A DNA stretch of 64,000 nt from Hyphomicrobiaceae bacterium (GTDB lineage Bacteria > Pseudomonadota > Alphaproteobacteria > Rhizobiales > Hyphomicrobiaceae): positions 899 through 64,898 of the forward strand of contig DASRDL010000143.1 of the NCBI GenBank assembly GCA_035652635.1, written 5' to 3'. This document shows, one piece after another, positions 37,599-46,913 of the stretch (position 1 is the stretch's first letter; every line of letters starts with the position of its first letter). Made by a program: the position numbers and the translations under genes. A model generated the notes under the pieces. The model saw only the letters and a program-made list of their open reading frames with translations, had not been told where the DNA came from and searched no databases.

Positions 37599-38565
37599 CG
37601 CGCCGCCGCCGGTGCTGGAGGTCGCGGGCCTCTCCAAGCACTTCCCCGTGCGCAAGGGGCTGCTGCGGCGCACGGTGGGGCACGTCTATGCCGTCGACGA
37701 CGTGAGCTTCTCCATCGGCCGGGGAGAGACGCTGGGGCTCGTCGGCGAGTCGGGCTGCGGCAAGACCACCGTGGGCCGCACCATCCTGCGCCTGATCGAG
37801 CCCACGGCCGGTGCCATCCGCCTCGACGGCCGCGACGTGACCCGGCTCGGCAAGATGGAGATGCGCCCGTTCCGGCGGCAGATGCAGATCATCTTCCAGG
37901 ACCCGTTCTCCTCGCTGAACCCGAGGAAGCGCGCGGGCGACATCGTCGGCGAGCCGCTCAAGGTGCACGGTCTGGCGACGGGCGAGGCGCGGCGCCAGCG
38001 GGTGGCGGAGCTGTTCGAGCGCGTGGGGCTGAGGCGCGCGCAGATGGACAACTTCCCGCACCAGTTCTCCGGTGGCCAGCGCCAGCGCATCGGTGTGGCG
38101 CGCGCGCTCGCCCTGAACCCCAGGCTCATCATCGGCGACGAGCCGGTGTCTGCGCTCGACGTGTCGATCCAGGCCCAGGTGATCAACCTGCTGATGGACC
38201 TGCAGCGCGACCTGAAGCTGTCCTACCTCTTCATCTCGCACAACCTGGCGGTGGTCGAGCACATCAGCCACCGCATCGCCGTCATGTACCTGGGCCGCAT
38301 CGTCGAGTACACGGACAAGGTCACCCTGTTCACGCGGCCGCTCCATCCCTACACCGAGGCGCTGCTGGCAGCGGTGCCCGTGCCCGACCCCAAGATCAAG
38401 CGCATCAAGCGCGTGGTGCAGGGCGACGTGCCGAGCCCGCTCAAGCCGCCGCCGGGCTGCCGCTTCCACACCCGCTGCCCCTACGCCGAGGCGCGCTGCC
38501 GGCAAGAGGTGCCGGCGCTGCGCGAGGTGGAGACCGGGCACCTGGTGGCGTGCCACTTGCGGTGA
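37588..38565 (+). CDS. ABC transporter ATP-binding protein (DppF/OppF-like)
   Basis: Starts [12 protein letters not shown]. Walker A GESGCGKT, signature FSGGQRQR, Walker [12 protein letters not shown]. Confidence 0.9.
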   Translation: MLDDAPPPVLEVAGLSKHFPVRKGLLRRTVGHVYAVDDVSFSIGRGETLGLVGESGCGKTTVGRTILRLIEPTAGAIRLDGRDVTRLGKMEMRPFRRQMQIIFQDPFSSLNPRKRAGDIVGEPLKVHGLATGEARRQRVAELFERVGLRRAQMDNFPHQFSGGQRQRIGVARALALNPRLIIGDEPVSALDVSIQAQVINLLMDLQRDLKLSYLFISHNLAVVEHISHRIAVMYLGRIVEYTDKVTLFTRPLHPYTEALLAAVPVPDPKIKRIKRVVQGDVPSPLKPPPGCRFHTRCPYAEARCRQEVPALREVETGHLVACHLR

Positions 38566-38831
38566 CCTTTGCCTCCCCCCTCCAGGGGGGCAAACTCGCG
38601 GTCCGCTGTCTTGGTGGGTCATCGCTGGCACTGCAAAGAACGGACGTCGTATGACCATCGTGATAGCCGGCGCTCATCCGCGGTGTGCCGGGGTCCGGAT
38701 GCGGCGAGCCTGGGCGTTCGGAGCCCATCAGCAAACCCAGGTCAGCCGGGCTCACGAGCGCCCAGCTCCTTCTATCCGACGCAAATCCTCGAGCGGAGAG
38801 CCGCTGCGAGGGCAGTGGTGTCGGCGGAGGC

Positions 38832-38911
38832 GTAGGGTGCAATAGGCGAAGCCGTATTGCACCGATCTGTCGTCGCTCGGCGCAATACGGCTGACGCCTA
38901 TTGCGCCCTAC
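38832..38911. repeat. REP doublet C (REPIN), family 1
   Basis: GTAGGGTGCAATAGGCGAAGCCGTATTGCACCGA (38832-38865) and inverted TCGGCGCAATACGGCTGACGCCTATTGCGCCCTAC (38877-38911). Confidence 0.92.
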
Positions 38912-39297
38912 CCGCGCAGCGCCTCGAGCTTGTGCTTATCCACGGGCGCCAGGTTCACCGACTCGCCGCAGCCGCAGGAGCCGGTCTGGTTGGGGTTGGA
39001 GAAGACGAACTGGGCGGAGAGCTTGTCGGTCTTGTAGTCCATCTCCGTGCCGAGCAGGTACATGACCGCCTTGGGGTCGATGAGCACGCGGGCGCCGTTG
39101 TGCTCCACCACCTCGTCGAAGCGCTGCTGCTCGGCGGCCCAGTCGAGCGTGTATTCCATGCCGGCGCAGCCGCCCTTCTTGACGCCGATGCGCAGGCCAG
39201 CGGCGCCAGCGCCCTGGCTGGCCATGATGGACTTGATGCGCTCGGCCGCCCTGTCGGTGAGCTTCATCACCTGCGGCCGGGGTCTTGGCGTGCTCAT
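38908..39297 (-). CDS. iron-sulfur cluster insertion/carrier protein (HesB/IscA/ErpA family)
   Basis: GGCAGMEY and C-terminal SCGCGES motifs. The stop codon lies inside REP doublet C. ATG at 39267 (MKLTDRA) is an alternative start. Confidence 0.85.
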   Translation of the reverse strand: MSTPRPRPQVMKLTDRAAERIKSIMASQGAGAAGLRIGVKKGGCAGMEYTLDWAAEQQRFDEVVEHNGARVLIDPKAVMYLLGTEMDYKTDKLSAQFVFSNPNQTGSCGCGESVNLAPVDKHKLEALRG

Positions 39298-39389
39298 GTC
39301 GCTTCTCGTGACGTCGTCGCGGATTTGAGACCCGACTTGGGGACTCGGATATGCCGAATATAGGGTGATTTCTCCCCGAAAGCGAGATG

Positions 39390-41006
39390 TCAGCTGTGAG
39401 GGTCCCAGCTGCGCCGCTTGAAATCTCGAATGATTTCAAACGCTGCGTTGCGCCCCGGCAGGCCCGTGACCCCGCCGCCGGGGTGGGCGCCGGAGCCGCA
39501 CAGGTAGAGCGCGGAGAGCGGCATGCGGTGGTCGGCATGACCCAGCACGGGCCGGGCACTGTAGAGCTGGTCGAGCGTGAGCTGGCCGTGGAAGATGTCG
39601 CCGTCGACGAGGCCGAAGCGGCGCTCCAGATCGAGCGGCGAGAGCACCTGGCGGGCGAGGATGCTGGCCCTGAAGTTGGGGGCGTGCCGGCCGACCGTCT
39701 CGATCACCAGATCGGCGAATTGGTCCTTGGCATCGTCCCAGCTCCGCCCATCGGGCAAGTGCGGCGCGACGTGCTGCACGAACAGGCTCGCGACGTGCCG
39801 GCCGGCGGGCGCAAGGGTGGCGTCGAGGGTGGAGGGGATCAGCATCTCCACCACCGGCTCGCGCGACCAGCCGTGGGCGCGGGCATCGAGATAGGCGCGC
39901 TCCAGGTAGCCGAGCGTCGGGCCGATGATGATGCCCGAGCCGTGGTGGTCGCTGGGCGCCTTGCCCGGACGGCAGGTGAAATCCGGCAGCTCGGAGAGGG
40001 CGACGTTCATGCGGAACGTGCCGGAACCCGATTTGAGGCCGGTGAAGCGGCGATGGAGATCGGGCGCGATGGCGCCGTCCGGAACGAGATCGCGGAAGAG
40101 CAGCTTGGGGGGAACGTTGGCCGCAACCGCGCGCGCGGCGATCTCCTCGCCCGACCGCAGGCGCACGCCGCGCGCCTGGCCGGCCTCCACCATGACCGCA
40201 GCGACCTCCGCGTCCGTGCGGATGACGGCGCCGCGCTCCTGGGCGGCGCGCGCCATGGCCTCACTGATGGCGCCCATCCCGCCGATCGCGTGCCCCCACA
40301 CGCCCGGCTTGCCGTTGACCTCGCCGAAGCAGTGGTGGAGCAGCACGTAGGCCGTGCCGGGGGTGAAGGGGCTGGCGTAAGCGCCGACGATGCCGTCAAA
40401 GGCAAAAGCCGCCTTGACGGCCTCGCTCTCGAACCAGCCGCCGAGGAAATCACCGGCACTCTTGGTCAGGAGATCGAGGAGCAGGCGCTTGTCGGGTAGC
40501 GAGAGCGCAAGCAGCCGCCGGCCGAGGCCGGCACCGGCGATGAGCTCAAGGAGGCCGCCGCCGGCGTTGGGCGGCCGCCGCAGCGCGAGCGCGCGCAGGA
40601 GCGAGGCTGCACGATCGAGCGCTGCGTCGTAGGCCGGCAGCCGCTCCGCATCCCTGGCCGAGAAGGCGGCAATCGCCCGCTGCCGGTTGGCGAGGCCGTA
40701 GGACATCAGCAGATAGCGGCGCTCGTCCAACGGCCAGAAGTTGGCGGCGGGGCGCTCGACAATGCGGAGCCCGTGGCGGGCAAGCTCGAGGTCGGCGATC
40801 ACCCTCGGGTTGAGGAGGCTCACGGTGTAGGCCGCCACCGAGTTGCGGAAGCCCGGATGGAACTCCTCCGTCAGCGCCGCGCCGCCGATCGCTGCATTCT
40901 TCTCGAGCACGACGACGCGCAGCCCGGCGCCCGCCAGATAGGCAGCGCAGGTGAGGCCGTTGTGGCCCCCGCCGATGATGGCGACGTCGCAGGTGACGTG
41001 GGTCAT
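39390..41006 (-). CDS. FAD/NAD(P)-dependent oxidoreductase, phytoene-desaturase (CrtI)-like family
   Basis: Rossmann motif DVAIIGGGHNGLTCAAYLA...VVVLEK. 538 aa, full-length family pattern. Confidence 0.8.
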   Translation of the reverse strand: MTHVTCDVAIIGGGHNGLTCAAYLAGAGLRVVVLEKNAAIGGAALTEEFHPGFRNSVAAYTVSLLNPRVIADLELARHGLRIVERPAANFWPLDERRYLLMSYGLANRQRAIAAFSARDAERLPAYDAALDRAASLLRALALRRPPNAGGGLLELIAGAGLGRRLLALSLPDKRLLLDLLTKSAGDFLGGWFESEAVKAAFAFDGIVGAYASPFTPGTAYVLLHHCFGEVNGKPGVWGHAIGGMGAISEAMARAAQERGAVIRTDAEVAAVMVEAGQARGVRLRSGEEIAARAVAANVPPKLLFRDLVPDGAIAPDLHRRFTGLKSGSGTFRMNVALSELPDFTCRPGKAPSDHHGSGIIIGPTLGYLERAYLDARAHGWSREPVVEMLIPSTLDATLAPAGRHVASLFVQHVAPHLPDGRSWDDAKDQFADLVIETVGRHAPNFRASILARQVLSPLDLERRFGLVDGDIFHGQLTLDQLYSARPVLGHADHRMPLSALYLCGSGAHPGGGVTGLPGRNAAFEIIRDFKRRSWDPHS

Positions 41007-41108
41007 ATCCCAATTGTGCGAGACGGTTTGGCCTCGGGCAAATGCGACATTGAACGGCTGGCGCCCGCAATGCTAGGAGGCAAAGCGCATGCGCGGAGAG
41101 GAAGAAGA

Positions 41109-42080
41109 ATGTCGAAGCCTGGCCTGCTCAATACCGGTCCGATGATGAGCCTGATCGAGGAGGGGCTCGAGGCGGCGTTCGTCGTGCATCGCCTGCAGCA
41201 GGCGACGGATGCCGAGTCGCTGCTCAAAAGGATCGCGCCCGACGTGCGCGCCATCTGCACGGGCGGACACACCGGCGTGCGGACCGATGAGGCCCTCATG
41301 GCACGCTTCCCCGGTCTCAAGGTCATCGGCAACTTCGGCGTCGGCTATGACACCATCGACATCCCGGCGGCGGCGGCCCGCGGCATCGTCATCACCAACA
41401 CGCCCGACGTGCTGACCGAGGAGGTGGCCGACACCGCCATCGGGCTGCTGCTCGCCACCGTGCGCGAGTTCTACGATGCCGAGAAGTGGCTGCGCGACGG
41501 GCGCTGGCCCAAAGAGGGCGACTACCGCCTGACTGCCTCGCTGCGCGACCGCAGCGTCGGCATCGCCGGCTTCGGCCGCATCGGCAAGGCGATCGCGCGC
41601 CGGCTGGAGGCGTTCGGGCTCACGGTGAGCTATTTCGGGCGCAACCCGCAGGCGGGCGTGAGCAACCGCTACTACAAGGACCTCGTCGCCATGGCGCGCG
41701 ACGTCGACACGCTGATCGTGGTGACCCCAGGCGGGCCGGCGACCACCAACCTCGTCAACGCCGCGGTGCTGGAGGCGCTGGGACCGCGCGGCGTGCTGAT
41801 CAACGTGGCACGCGGCTCGGTGGTAGACGAGGCGGCGCTGATCGCCGCGCTCAGGGCGCGCAAGATCTGGCGGGCCGGCCTCGATGTGTTCGTGGGCGAG
41901 CCCAACGTCAATCCGGCGCTGCTCGCGCTCGACAACGTCACGCTCCTGCCGCATGTCGGCTCGGCCTCGAACTACACGCGCGACGCCATGGGCCAGCTGG
42001 TGGTGGACAACCTCCTCGCCTTCGCCGCCGGCAAGCCGCCGCTGACCCCGGTGCCGGAGACGCCGTTCAGGGGGTGGTAG
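41109..42080 (+). CDS. D-isomer-specific 2-hydroxyacid dehydrogenase (glyoxylate/hydroxypyruvate reductase-like)
   Basis: Starts MSKPGLLNTGP. NAD motif GIAGFGRIGKAIARR. Catalytic NVARGSVVDE and PHVGSAS. Confidence 0.88.
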   Translation: MSKPGLLNTGPMMSLIEEGLEAAFVVHRLQQATDAESLLKRIAPDVRAICTGGHTGVRTDEALMARFPGLKVIGNFGVGYDTIDIPAAAARGIVITNTPDVLTEEVADTAIGLLLATVREFYDAEKWLRDGRWPKEGDYRLTASLRDRSVGIAGFGRIGKAIARRLEAFGLTVSYFGRNPQAGVSNRYYKDLVAMARDVDTLIVVTPGGPATTNLVNAAVLEALGPRGVLINVARGSVVDEAALIAALRARKIWRAGLDVFVGEPNVNPALLALDNVTLLPHVGSASNYTRDAMGQLVVDNLLAFAAGKPPLTPVPETPFRGW

Positions 42081-42084
42081 GGTG

Positions 42085-42162
42085 GTAGGGTGCAAAAGCG
42101 AAGCGCATTGCACCGGAATTCGGGTAGATCGGCGCAATACGGCTTCGCCTCTTGCGCCCTAC
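42085..42162. repeat. REP doublet D (REPIN), family 1, 3' flank of RAYT
   Basis: GTAGGGTGCAAAAGCGAAGCGCATTGCACCGG (42085-42117) and inverted TCGGCGCAATACGGCTTCGCCTCTTGCGCCCTAC (42129-42162). Confidence 0.92.
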
Positions 42163-42704
42163 GCGTCGCGTTCGCCGTAGGTGGCGTGGTCGGCTAAGGC
42201 CTTTTCGAATTCCGCATAGCTCGTGGGGGCCGCGTAATCGCGCATGTCCCGATGGAATGACGAGAACGGCCAGTCCTCGGGATTGGCGGCCAGCCCATGC
42301 TTGATCGGATTGAACCAGCAGTATTCGACATGATGGCGGTAGTCCCGCTCGTTGCGGATGAGGTGCTCCCAGTAGCGTCGCTGCCAGATGCCGCGTTCGC
42401 CTCGCGCCCTGCGTGTCGCGGTGAGCCATTCTCCCTTGGGAACGGATTTCGAGAACAAGATCTTGATGAGGCGCCACCGCTTGGAGAAATCATGGTCGTC
42501 ATCCGGCAGCGTCCAGATTGCATGGAGGTGGTCAGGAAGCACAACCATGGCGTCGATGTGGAAGGGATGGCGTTCGCTCGCTGTTCGAACCGCAGCTCTC
42601 AAGGCATCGATGCGTTCGGTCAGCAGGCGGCTTCGCCGATCGAACAGGTTCACAGTGAAGAACCAGCACCCGCCAGGAACAAACGCGCGACGATAGTTCG
42701 GCAT
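42159..42704 (-). CDS. REP-associated tyrosine transposase (RAYT; IS200/IS605-like Y1 HUH transposase)
   Basis: MPNYRRAFVPGGCWFFTVNL N-terminus, HUH motif VVLPDHLHAIW, catalytic Tyr region HVEYCWFNPIKHGL. Third codon positions visibly more A/T than in neighbours. Stop codon inside REP D. Confidence 0.9.
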   Translation of the reverse strand: MPNYRRAFVPGGCWFFTVNLFDRRSRLLTERIDALRAAVRTASERHPFHIDAMVVLPDHLHAIWTLPDDDHDFSKRWRLIKILFSKSVPKGEWLTATRRARGERGIWQRRYWEHLIRNERDYRHHVEYCWFNPIKHGLAANPEDWPFSSFHRDMRDYAAPTSYAEFEKALADHATYGERDA

Positions 42705-42752
42705 GCCCCATGTACGCCGCGGCGACGGCCCAACGCAATGCGCCGGAAGCCC

Positions 42753-42830
42753 GTAGGGTGCAAAAGCGGAGCGCATTGCACCGACTTGGCCGTTGATCGG
42801 CGCAATACGGCTTCGCCTCTTGCGCCCTAC
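42753..42830. repeat. REP doublet E (REPIN), family 1, 5' flank of RAYT
   Basis: GTAGGGTGCAAAAGCGGAGCGCATTGCACCGA (42753-42784) and inverted TCGGCGCAATACGGCTTCGCCTCTTGCGCCCTAC (42797-42830). Confidence 0.92.
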
Positions 42831-42868
42831 GCGCTGCCCCCCGTGCCGAGGACGCCGCTCAAAGGTTT

Positions 42869-42946
42869 GTCGGGTGCGAAAGCGGAGCGCATTGCACCGA
42901 ATTACCCGATGATCGGCGCAATGCGGCTTCGCCTCTTGCGCCCTAC
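42869..42946. repeat. REP doublet F (REPIN), family 1
   Basis: GTCGGGTGCGAAAGCGGAGCGCATTGCACCGA (42869-42900) and inverted TCGGCGCAATGCGGCTTCGCCTCTTGCGCCCTAC (42913-42946). Confidence 0.9.
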
Positions 42947-43722
42947 GCGCCGGCGTAGCGGTGGAGGTTGGTGCCCTCGTTGCGCAGCCAGTTCTTGGCT
43001 TCCTCGAGGAGGGGAACGCTGTCGGCCACCAGCTTCCAGAAGCGCGGCCCGTGGTTCATCTCGAGGAGATGGGCGACCTCGTGCGCGGCGACGTAATCGA
43101 GCACGTAAGCCGGGGCGAGGATGAGCCGCCAGGAGAACGACAGGTAGCCGCTGGCCGAGCAGGAGCCCCAGCGGGTGGTCTGGTCGCGCAGGCTGATGTG
43201 CCGGGCGCGCACGCCGAGCTTGGCCGCATGGGAGGCAACGCGCGCACCGAGGTCCCTGTGCGCCTCGGCGATGAGCCAGTCCTTGAGCCGGCGGGGAGCA
43301 TGCTCCGGCCGGCCGGCAACCTCCAGGCGTCCCGTGCCCCGAGGAGGTGTCTCGACCCTCACCACCGGAGCGCCGCGCGTCTGCCCCGAGTGGAAGATGC
43401 GATGCGGGCGCCCCCGCAGCGGAATGACAGCCCCGTCGACGAGGGGCACCGGCTCCGGCACGCGGCCCAGACGGTCGCGCACCCAGTCGGCGTGAGTCTT
43501 GAGAAACCGGTCGGCGTCCTCGATGCGGCAGGTCGACGGCAGCGTCATCACCACGGCGCGGCGCGTCTTGCTCACCCGAAGCGTGAGCCGCCGCGCGCTC
43601 GCATTCCTCCGCACCTCGACCGGCACGCCGATGCCTTCAACGCTGAGCGCGACGGTTCTCGCCCCCTTCTTGCTGCTCGATCGCACTGTTCTTGCCCTCT
43701 CTGCGAAACGACTCCCGCGCAA
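42943..43722 (-). CDS. M48-family zinc metallopeptidase (YgjP/DUF45-like)
   Basis: HEVAHLLEMNHGPRFW (HExxH) near the C-terminus. VEVRRNASARRLTLRV N-terminal pattern. Stop inside REP F. Start uncertain. Confidence 0.8.
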   Translation of the reverse strand: MRGSRFAERARTVRSSSKKGARTVALSVEGIGVPVEVRRNASARRLTLRVSKTRRAVVMTLPSTCRIEDADRFLKTHADWVRDRLGRVPEPVPLVDGAVIPLRGRPHRIFHSGQTRGAPVVRVETPPRGTGRLEVAGRPEHAPRRLKDWLIAEAHRDLGARVASHAAKLGVRARHISLRDQTTRWGSCSASGYLSFSWRLILAPAYVLDYVAAHEVAHLLEMNHGPRFWKLVADSVPLLEEAKNWLRNEGTNLHRYAGA

Positions 43723-43886
43723 AGGGCGCCTACCAAGCGCACCACTGACGCAGACTGCACACGATTCCCGCTACCCTGGCCTAGCAAATAATTGTGGTGC
43801 GCACAGCCCCGATTGGGGTGGCACGTTCCCGCATGTTGCGCTGGGGCGACAGACTGCCGGGCGCGCCTTGACAACTGGTTAGCGCC

Positions 43887-45230
43887 TCACTCGGCGGCGA
43901 AGCTGAAGGCGAGGCTCTCGAACTCCTGCGGACGCCGTCCGCGCCGTGGCATCGTCGCCATGTGCTCCAGCTGCGCGATGGTGAGCGCGGTGTCCGCGCA
44001 CGGATCGTGCGCGCGCATGAACTTCGCCATGCGCGGGGCGATCTCGGTGCGGAAGCGCGAGCCGTTGAAGACGCCGTAATGGCCGACCTTGGGGCACTCG
44101 AAGTGGGCCTTGCGCTCGGGCGCGATGTTGACGCACAGATCGAGCGCGGCGCGGCATTGGCCGGTGCCGGTGATGTCGTCCTTCTCGCCCTCGACCGTCA
44201 TCAGCGCCGGGCGCCGGATGGCTGCGAGGTCCACAGGCCGGCCGCGCGACGTCATCAGCCCGCGCGGCATCAGGTGCTGCACGAACACGGTATCGACGGT
44301 TTGCAGGTAGAACTCCGCCGTGAGGTCCATTACCGCCAGATATTCGTCATAGAACTCGCGGTGCTTCTCGGCCGAGTCGCCGTCGCCGCGCACCAGGTGC
44401 AGGAACATGTCTTTGTGCGCCTGCATGTGCCGGTCGAGGTTCATGGTCATGAAGCCCGACAGCTGCAGGAAGCCCGGATAGACCTGCCGGCCGCGCCCCG
44501 GGCAGGGCCACGGCACGTTGGTGATGACGTTGCGGCGGAACCAGTCGGTGCCGCGCTTCTCGGCCAGCGTGTTGACCACGGTGCGATTGATGCGGGTGTC
44601 GACCGGGCCGCCGGCAAGGATCAGCGTCAGGGGCACGGCCGGGTCGCCCTCAGCCTCCATGAGCGCGGTGGCCGCCAGCACCGGCACGGAGGGCTGGCAG
44701 ACGGCGAACACGTGCACGTCGCCGCCGAAGAAGCGGAACATGGCGGCCATGGTGTCGATGTAGTCGTCGAGGTCGAAGCGGCCGTCCGAGAGCGGCACGT
44801 TGCGCGCATCCTGCCAGTCGGTGATGTAGACCTCGTGCTCGGGCAGGAACGTCTCGACGGTGCCGCGCAGAAGCGTGGCGAAGTGGCCGGAGACGGGCGC
44901 CACCAAGAGAAGGCGCGGATCCTGCGCGGCGCGGGCGGGCGCGATGTCGCGCTTGAAGTGGACGAGGCGGCAGAACGGCGTCTGCCACACCACCTCCTCG
45001 GTCACGGCGACGGAGCGTCCGCCGACGCGCGTGCTGGAGATGCCGAATTCGGGCTTGGAATAGCGGCGGGTGGCGCGCTCGAAGACCTCGCAGGCGGCTA
45101 CCGCGCTGCGGCCCACGGGGGTGTGGGTGAGCGGATTGAGCGGGTTGAAGAACAGCCGGCAGGAATCGGCTGCCGCCCGGGCGGGCCTGAAGGCAGCCCG
45201 GCCGAACTCATACCACTGGTAGAGCAGCAC
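43887..45230 (-). CDS. phaZ: intracellular polyhydroxyalkanoate (PHB) depolymerase
   Basis: N-terminus MLLYQWYEFGRAAFRPAR and full-length (447 aa) resemblance to intracellular PhaZ proteins of alphaproteobacteria. Confidence 0.85.
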   Translation of the reverse strand: MLLYQWYEFGRAAFRPARAAADSCRLFFNPLNPLTHTPVGRSAVAACEVFERATRRYSKPEFGISSTRVGGRSVAVTEEVVWQTPFCRLVHFKRDIAPARAAQDPRLLLVAPVSGHFATLLRGTVETFLPEHEVYITDWQDARNVPLSDGRFDLDDYIDTMAAMFRFFGGDVHVFAVCQPSVPVLAATALMEAEGDPAVPLTLILAGGPVDTRINRTVVNTLAEKRGTDWFRRNVITNVPWPCPGRGRQVYPGFLQLSGFMTMNLDRHMQAHKDMFLHLVRGDGDSAEKHREFYDEYLAVMDLTAEFYLQTVDTVFVQHLMPRGLMTSRGRPVDLAAIRRPALMTVEGEKDDITGTGQCRAALDLCVNIAPERKAHFECPKVGHYGVFNGSRFRTEIAPRMAKFMRAHDPCADTALTIAQLEHMATMPRRGRRPQEFESLAFSFAAE

Positions 45231-45417
45231 GTGTGTGTCCCCGGTATTGGTCCCTCGTGCGTCGCTGGAATCCGGGTCGCCGTTGAGCCCGGCGCTGCCT
45301 CGGATGCGGCAAGTGTTCCAAACTTCGCACCGATAGACACAGGAGAGTGCACTGATTCGTCATTTTGGTAAAAAGCTCGTGTTCTTGATGCCACATGGGT
45401 GTGCCCCTGCCGCCCTC

Positions 45418-46062
45418 CTAGGGGCTCCTCAGCATACCTGCCAAGCGCTCCGCCATGACATCGGCGCTCGTGGCATGCGTGAAGTGCCCGCGGTATTTGC
45501 CGTCCGGCCCCATGACGTAGATGATCGAGGAGTGATCCATGGTGTAGCCCGCAGTCGACTTAGGGTCCGGCACCTTCTTGACGTAGACGCGGTAGGCCCT
45601 GGCGGCGTCCTCGATCTCCTTCGGCGAGCCGGTGAGGCCGACGAGGCGCGGATGAAAGCTCTTCACGTACATGGCGAGTTGGGCGGGCGTGTCGCGCTCG
45701 GGGTCGATGGTGATGAGCACCGGCGTGATGCGCTCGGCCTCAGGCCCCAGCTTATCGAGCGCCGCCGCCATCACCTGCAGTGCCGTGGGGCACACGTCGG
45801 GGCAGAAGGTGAAGCCGAAATAGACGAGCATGAACTTGCCGCGGAAATCCTGGTCGGTGACGCGGCGGCCGGTCTGGTCGGTGAGCGTGAAGGGGCCCCC
45901 CACCAAGGCCTGCCCCACGGAATGCATCGCCAGGGGCGACAGCAGCCGCTCGCGCGCGGCCGGAAAGACGGCGAGCGCCGCGACGCCGCCGAGGGCGAAG
46001 CCGGCGAGGATGTAGAGCGCCAGCCGCACGCCGGACAACGATATGGCAACCGGGATCTTCAT
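45418..46062 (-). CDS. senC: SCO1/SenC/PrrC copper chaperone (thioredoxin fold)
   Basis: Starts MKIPVAISLSG with a membrane anchor. CPDVCP copper motif (FGFTFCPDVCP). DHSSIIYVMGPDG. ATGA overlap with the upstream permease gene. Confidence 0.88.
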   Translation of the reverse strand: MKIPVAISLSGVRLALYILAGFALGGVAALAVFPAARERLLSPLAMHSVGQALVGGPFTLTDQTGRRVTDQDFRGKFMLVYFGFTFCPDVCPTALQVMAAALDKLGPEAERITPVLITIDPERDTPAQLAMYVKSFHPRLVGLTGSPKEIEDAARAYRVYVKKVPDPKSTAGYTMDHSSIIYVMGPDGKYRGHFTHATSADVMAERLAGMLRSP

Positions 46063-46913
46063 TCGCCCATCTGGACCAGGGTGCCGTTGATGCGGGCACT
46101 CCGCAGGAAGTAGGCGAAGGTGGCGCAGCCGGCGAGGAAGTAGACGACGTTGAGAGCGAGCGCCGCGACCATGAGGTGGCCCTGGAAGACACCGTCGAGG
46201 ACGATGGCGCGCAGCCCCTCGAATACGTAGGTCGGGGGAAGGGCGAGCGCAACCGGCTGCAGCCAGCCGGGGAGCGCGGAGACGGGGTAGTAGACGCAGC
46301 ACAGGGGCAGGAACACGAAGACGATGAGCCAGGCGAAGCTCTCAGCACCCAGTCCCCAGCGCAGCACGACACCGGTCGAGACGAGCCCGAGCGACCAGCT
46401 CATGATGATCAGGTTGGCGAACAGCGCCGCGAAGGCGAACCCGAGACTCAGCACGTTGAAGCCGAAGAAGAGGTAGGCCAGCACCGCCACGGGCACCATG
46501 GCCACCAGCAGCTTGATGAGGCTGACGGCCATCAGCGCGGCGATGAGCTCGGAGGGCCTGAGCGGGCTCATCATGAGGTGACCGAGATTGCGCGACCAGA
46601 TCTCCTCCAGGAAGGCCACGGCGAAGCCGAGCTGGCTGCGCACCAGGATGTCCCACAAGAGCACGGCGCCGATGAAGAGGCCGGCCGCCTTGGCAGCGAA
46701 GCTCGCGGTCTGGGCGAGATAGCCCTGCAGGAAGCCCCACATGAGCATCTGCACCAGCGGCCAGTAGACGAGCTCGGCCGTGCGCGGCCAGGACGAGCGG
46801 ATGACGTACCAGTAGCGCAGCACCAGGCCGTAGACGCGGCGCGCGGAGGCTGCGAGCGTCGCCTGCTCGCCGAGCAGCGGGGCATGGAGCCCATCAGGCG
46901 CGCGCGCCGTCAT
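46059..46913 (-). CDS. ABC-2 type transporter permease
   Basis: Six hydrophobic segments with an ABC-2 membrane pattern. 4-bp overlaps with both neighbours. Confidence 0.8.
   Translation of the reverse strand: MTARAPDGLHAPLLGEQATLAASARRVYGLVLRYWYVIRSSWPRTAELVYWPLVQMLMWGFLQGYLAQTASFAAKAAGLFIGAVLLWDILVRSQLGFAVAFLEEIWSRNLGHLMMSPLRPSELIAALMAVSLIKLLVAMVPVAVLAYLFFGFNVLSLGFAFAALFANLIIMSWSLGLVSTGVVLRWGLGAESFAWLIVFVFLPLCCVYYPVSALPGWLQPVALALPPTYVFEGLRAIVLDGVFQGHLMVAALALNVVYFLAGCATFAYFLRSARINGTLVQMGE

Larger units (their letters stand above)
42085..42946 (-). mobile_element. REP-RAYT unit: RAYT gene with flanking REP doublets D, E and F
   Basis: A Y1/HUH transposase ORF bracketed by three inverted REP doublets of the same family that occurs at three other sites in the window. 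Confidence 0.85.

Noticed and set aside
38566-38831. A 265-bp apparently empty spacer between the last ABC gene and REP doublet C, as a possible degraded gene or RNA.
   Set aside because: Its ORFs have non-coding-like composition. Apart from the stop-proximal hairpin I found no convincing extended structure or repeat, so nothing is supportable from sequence alone.
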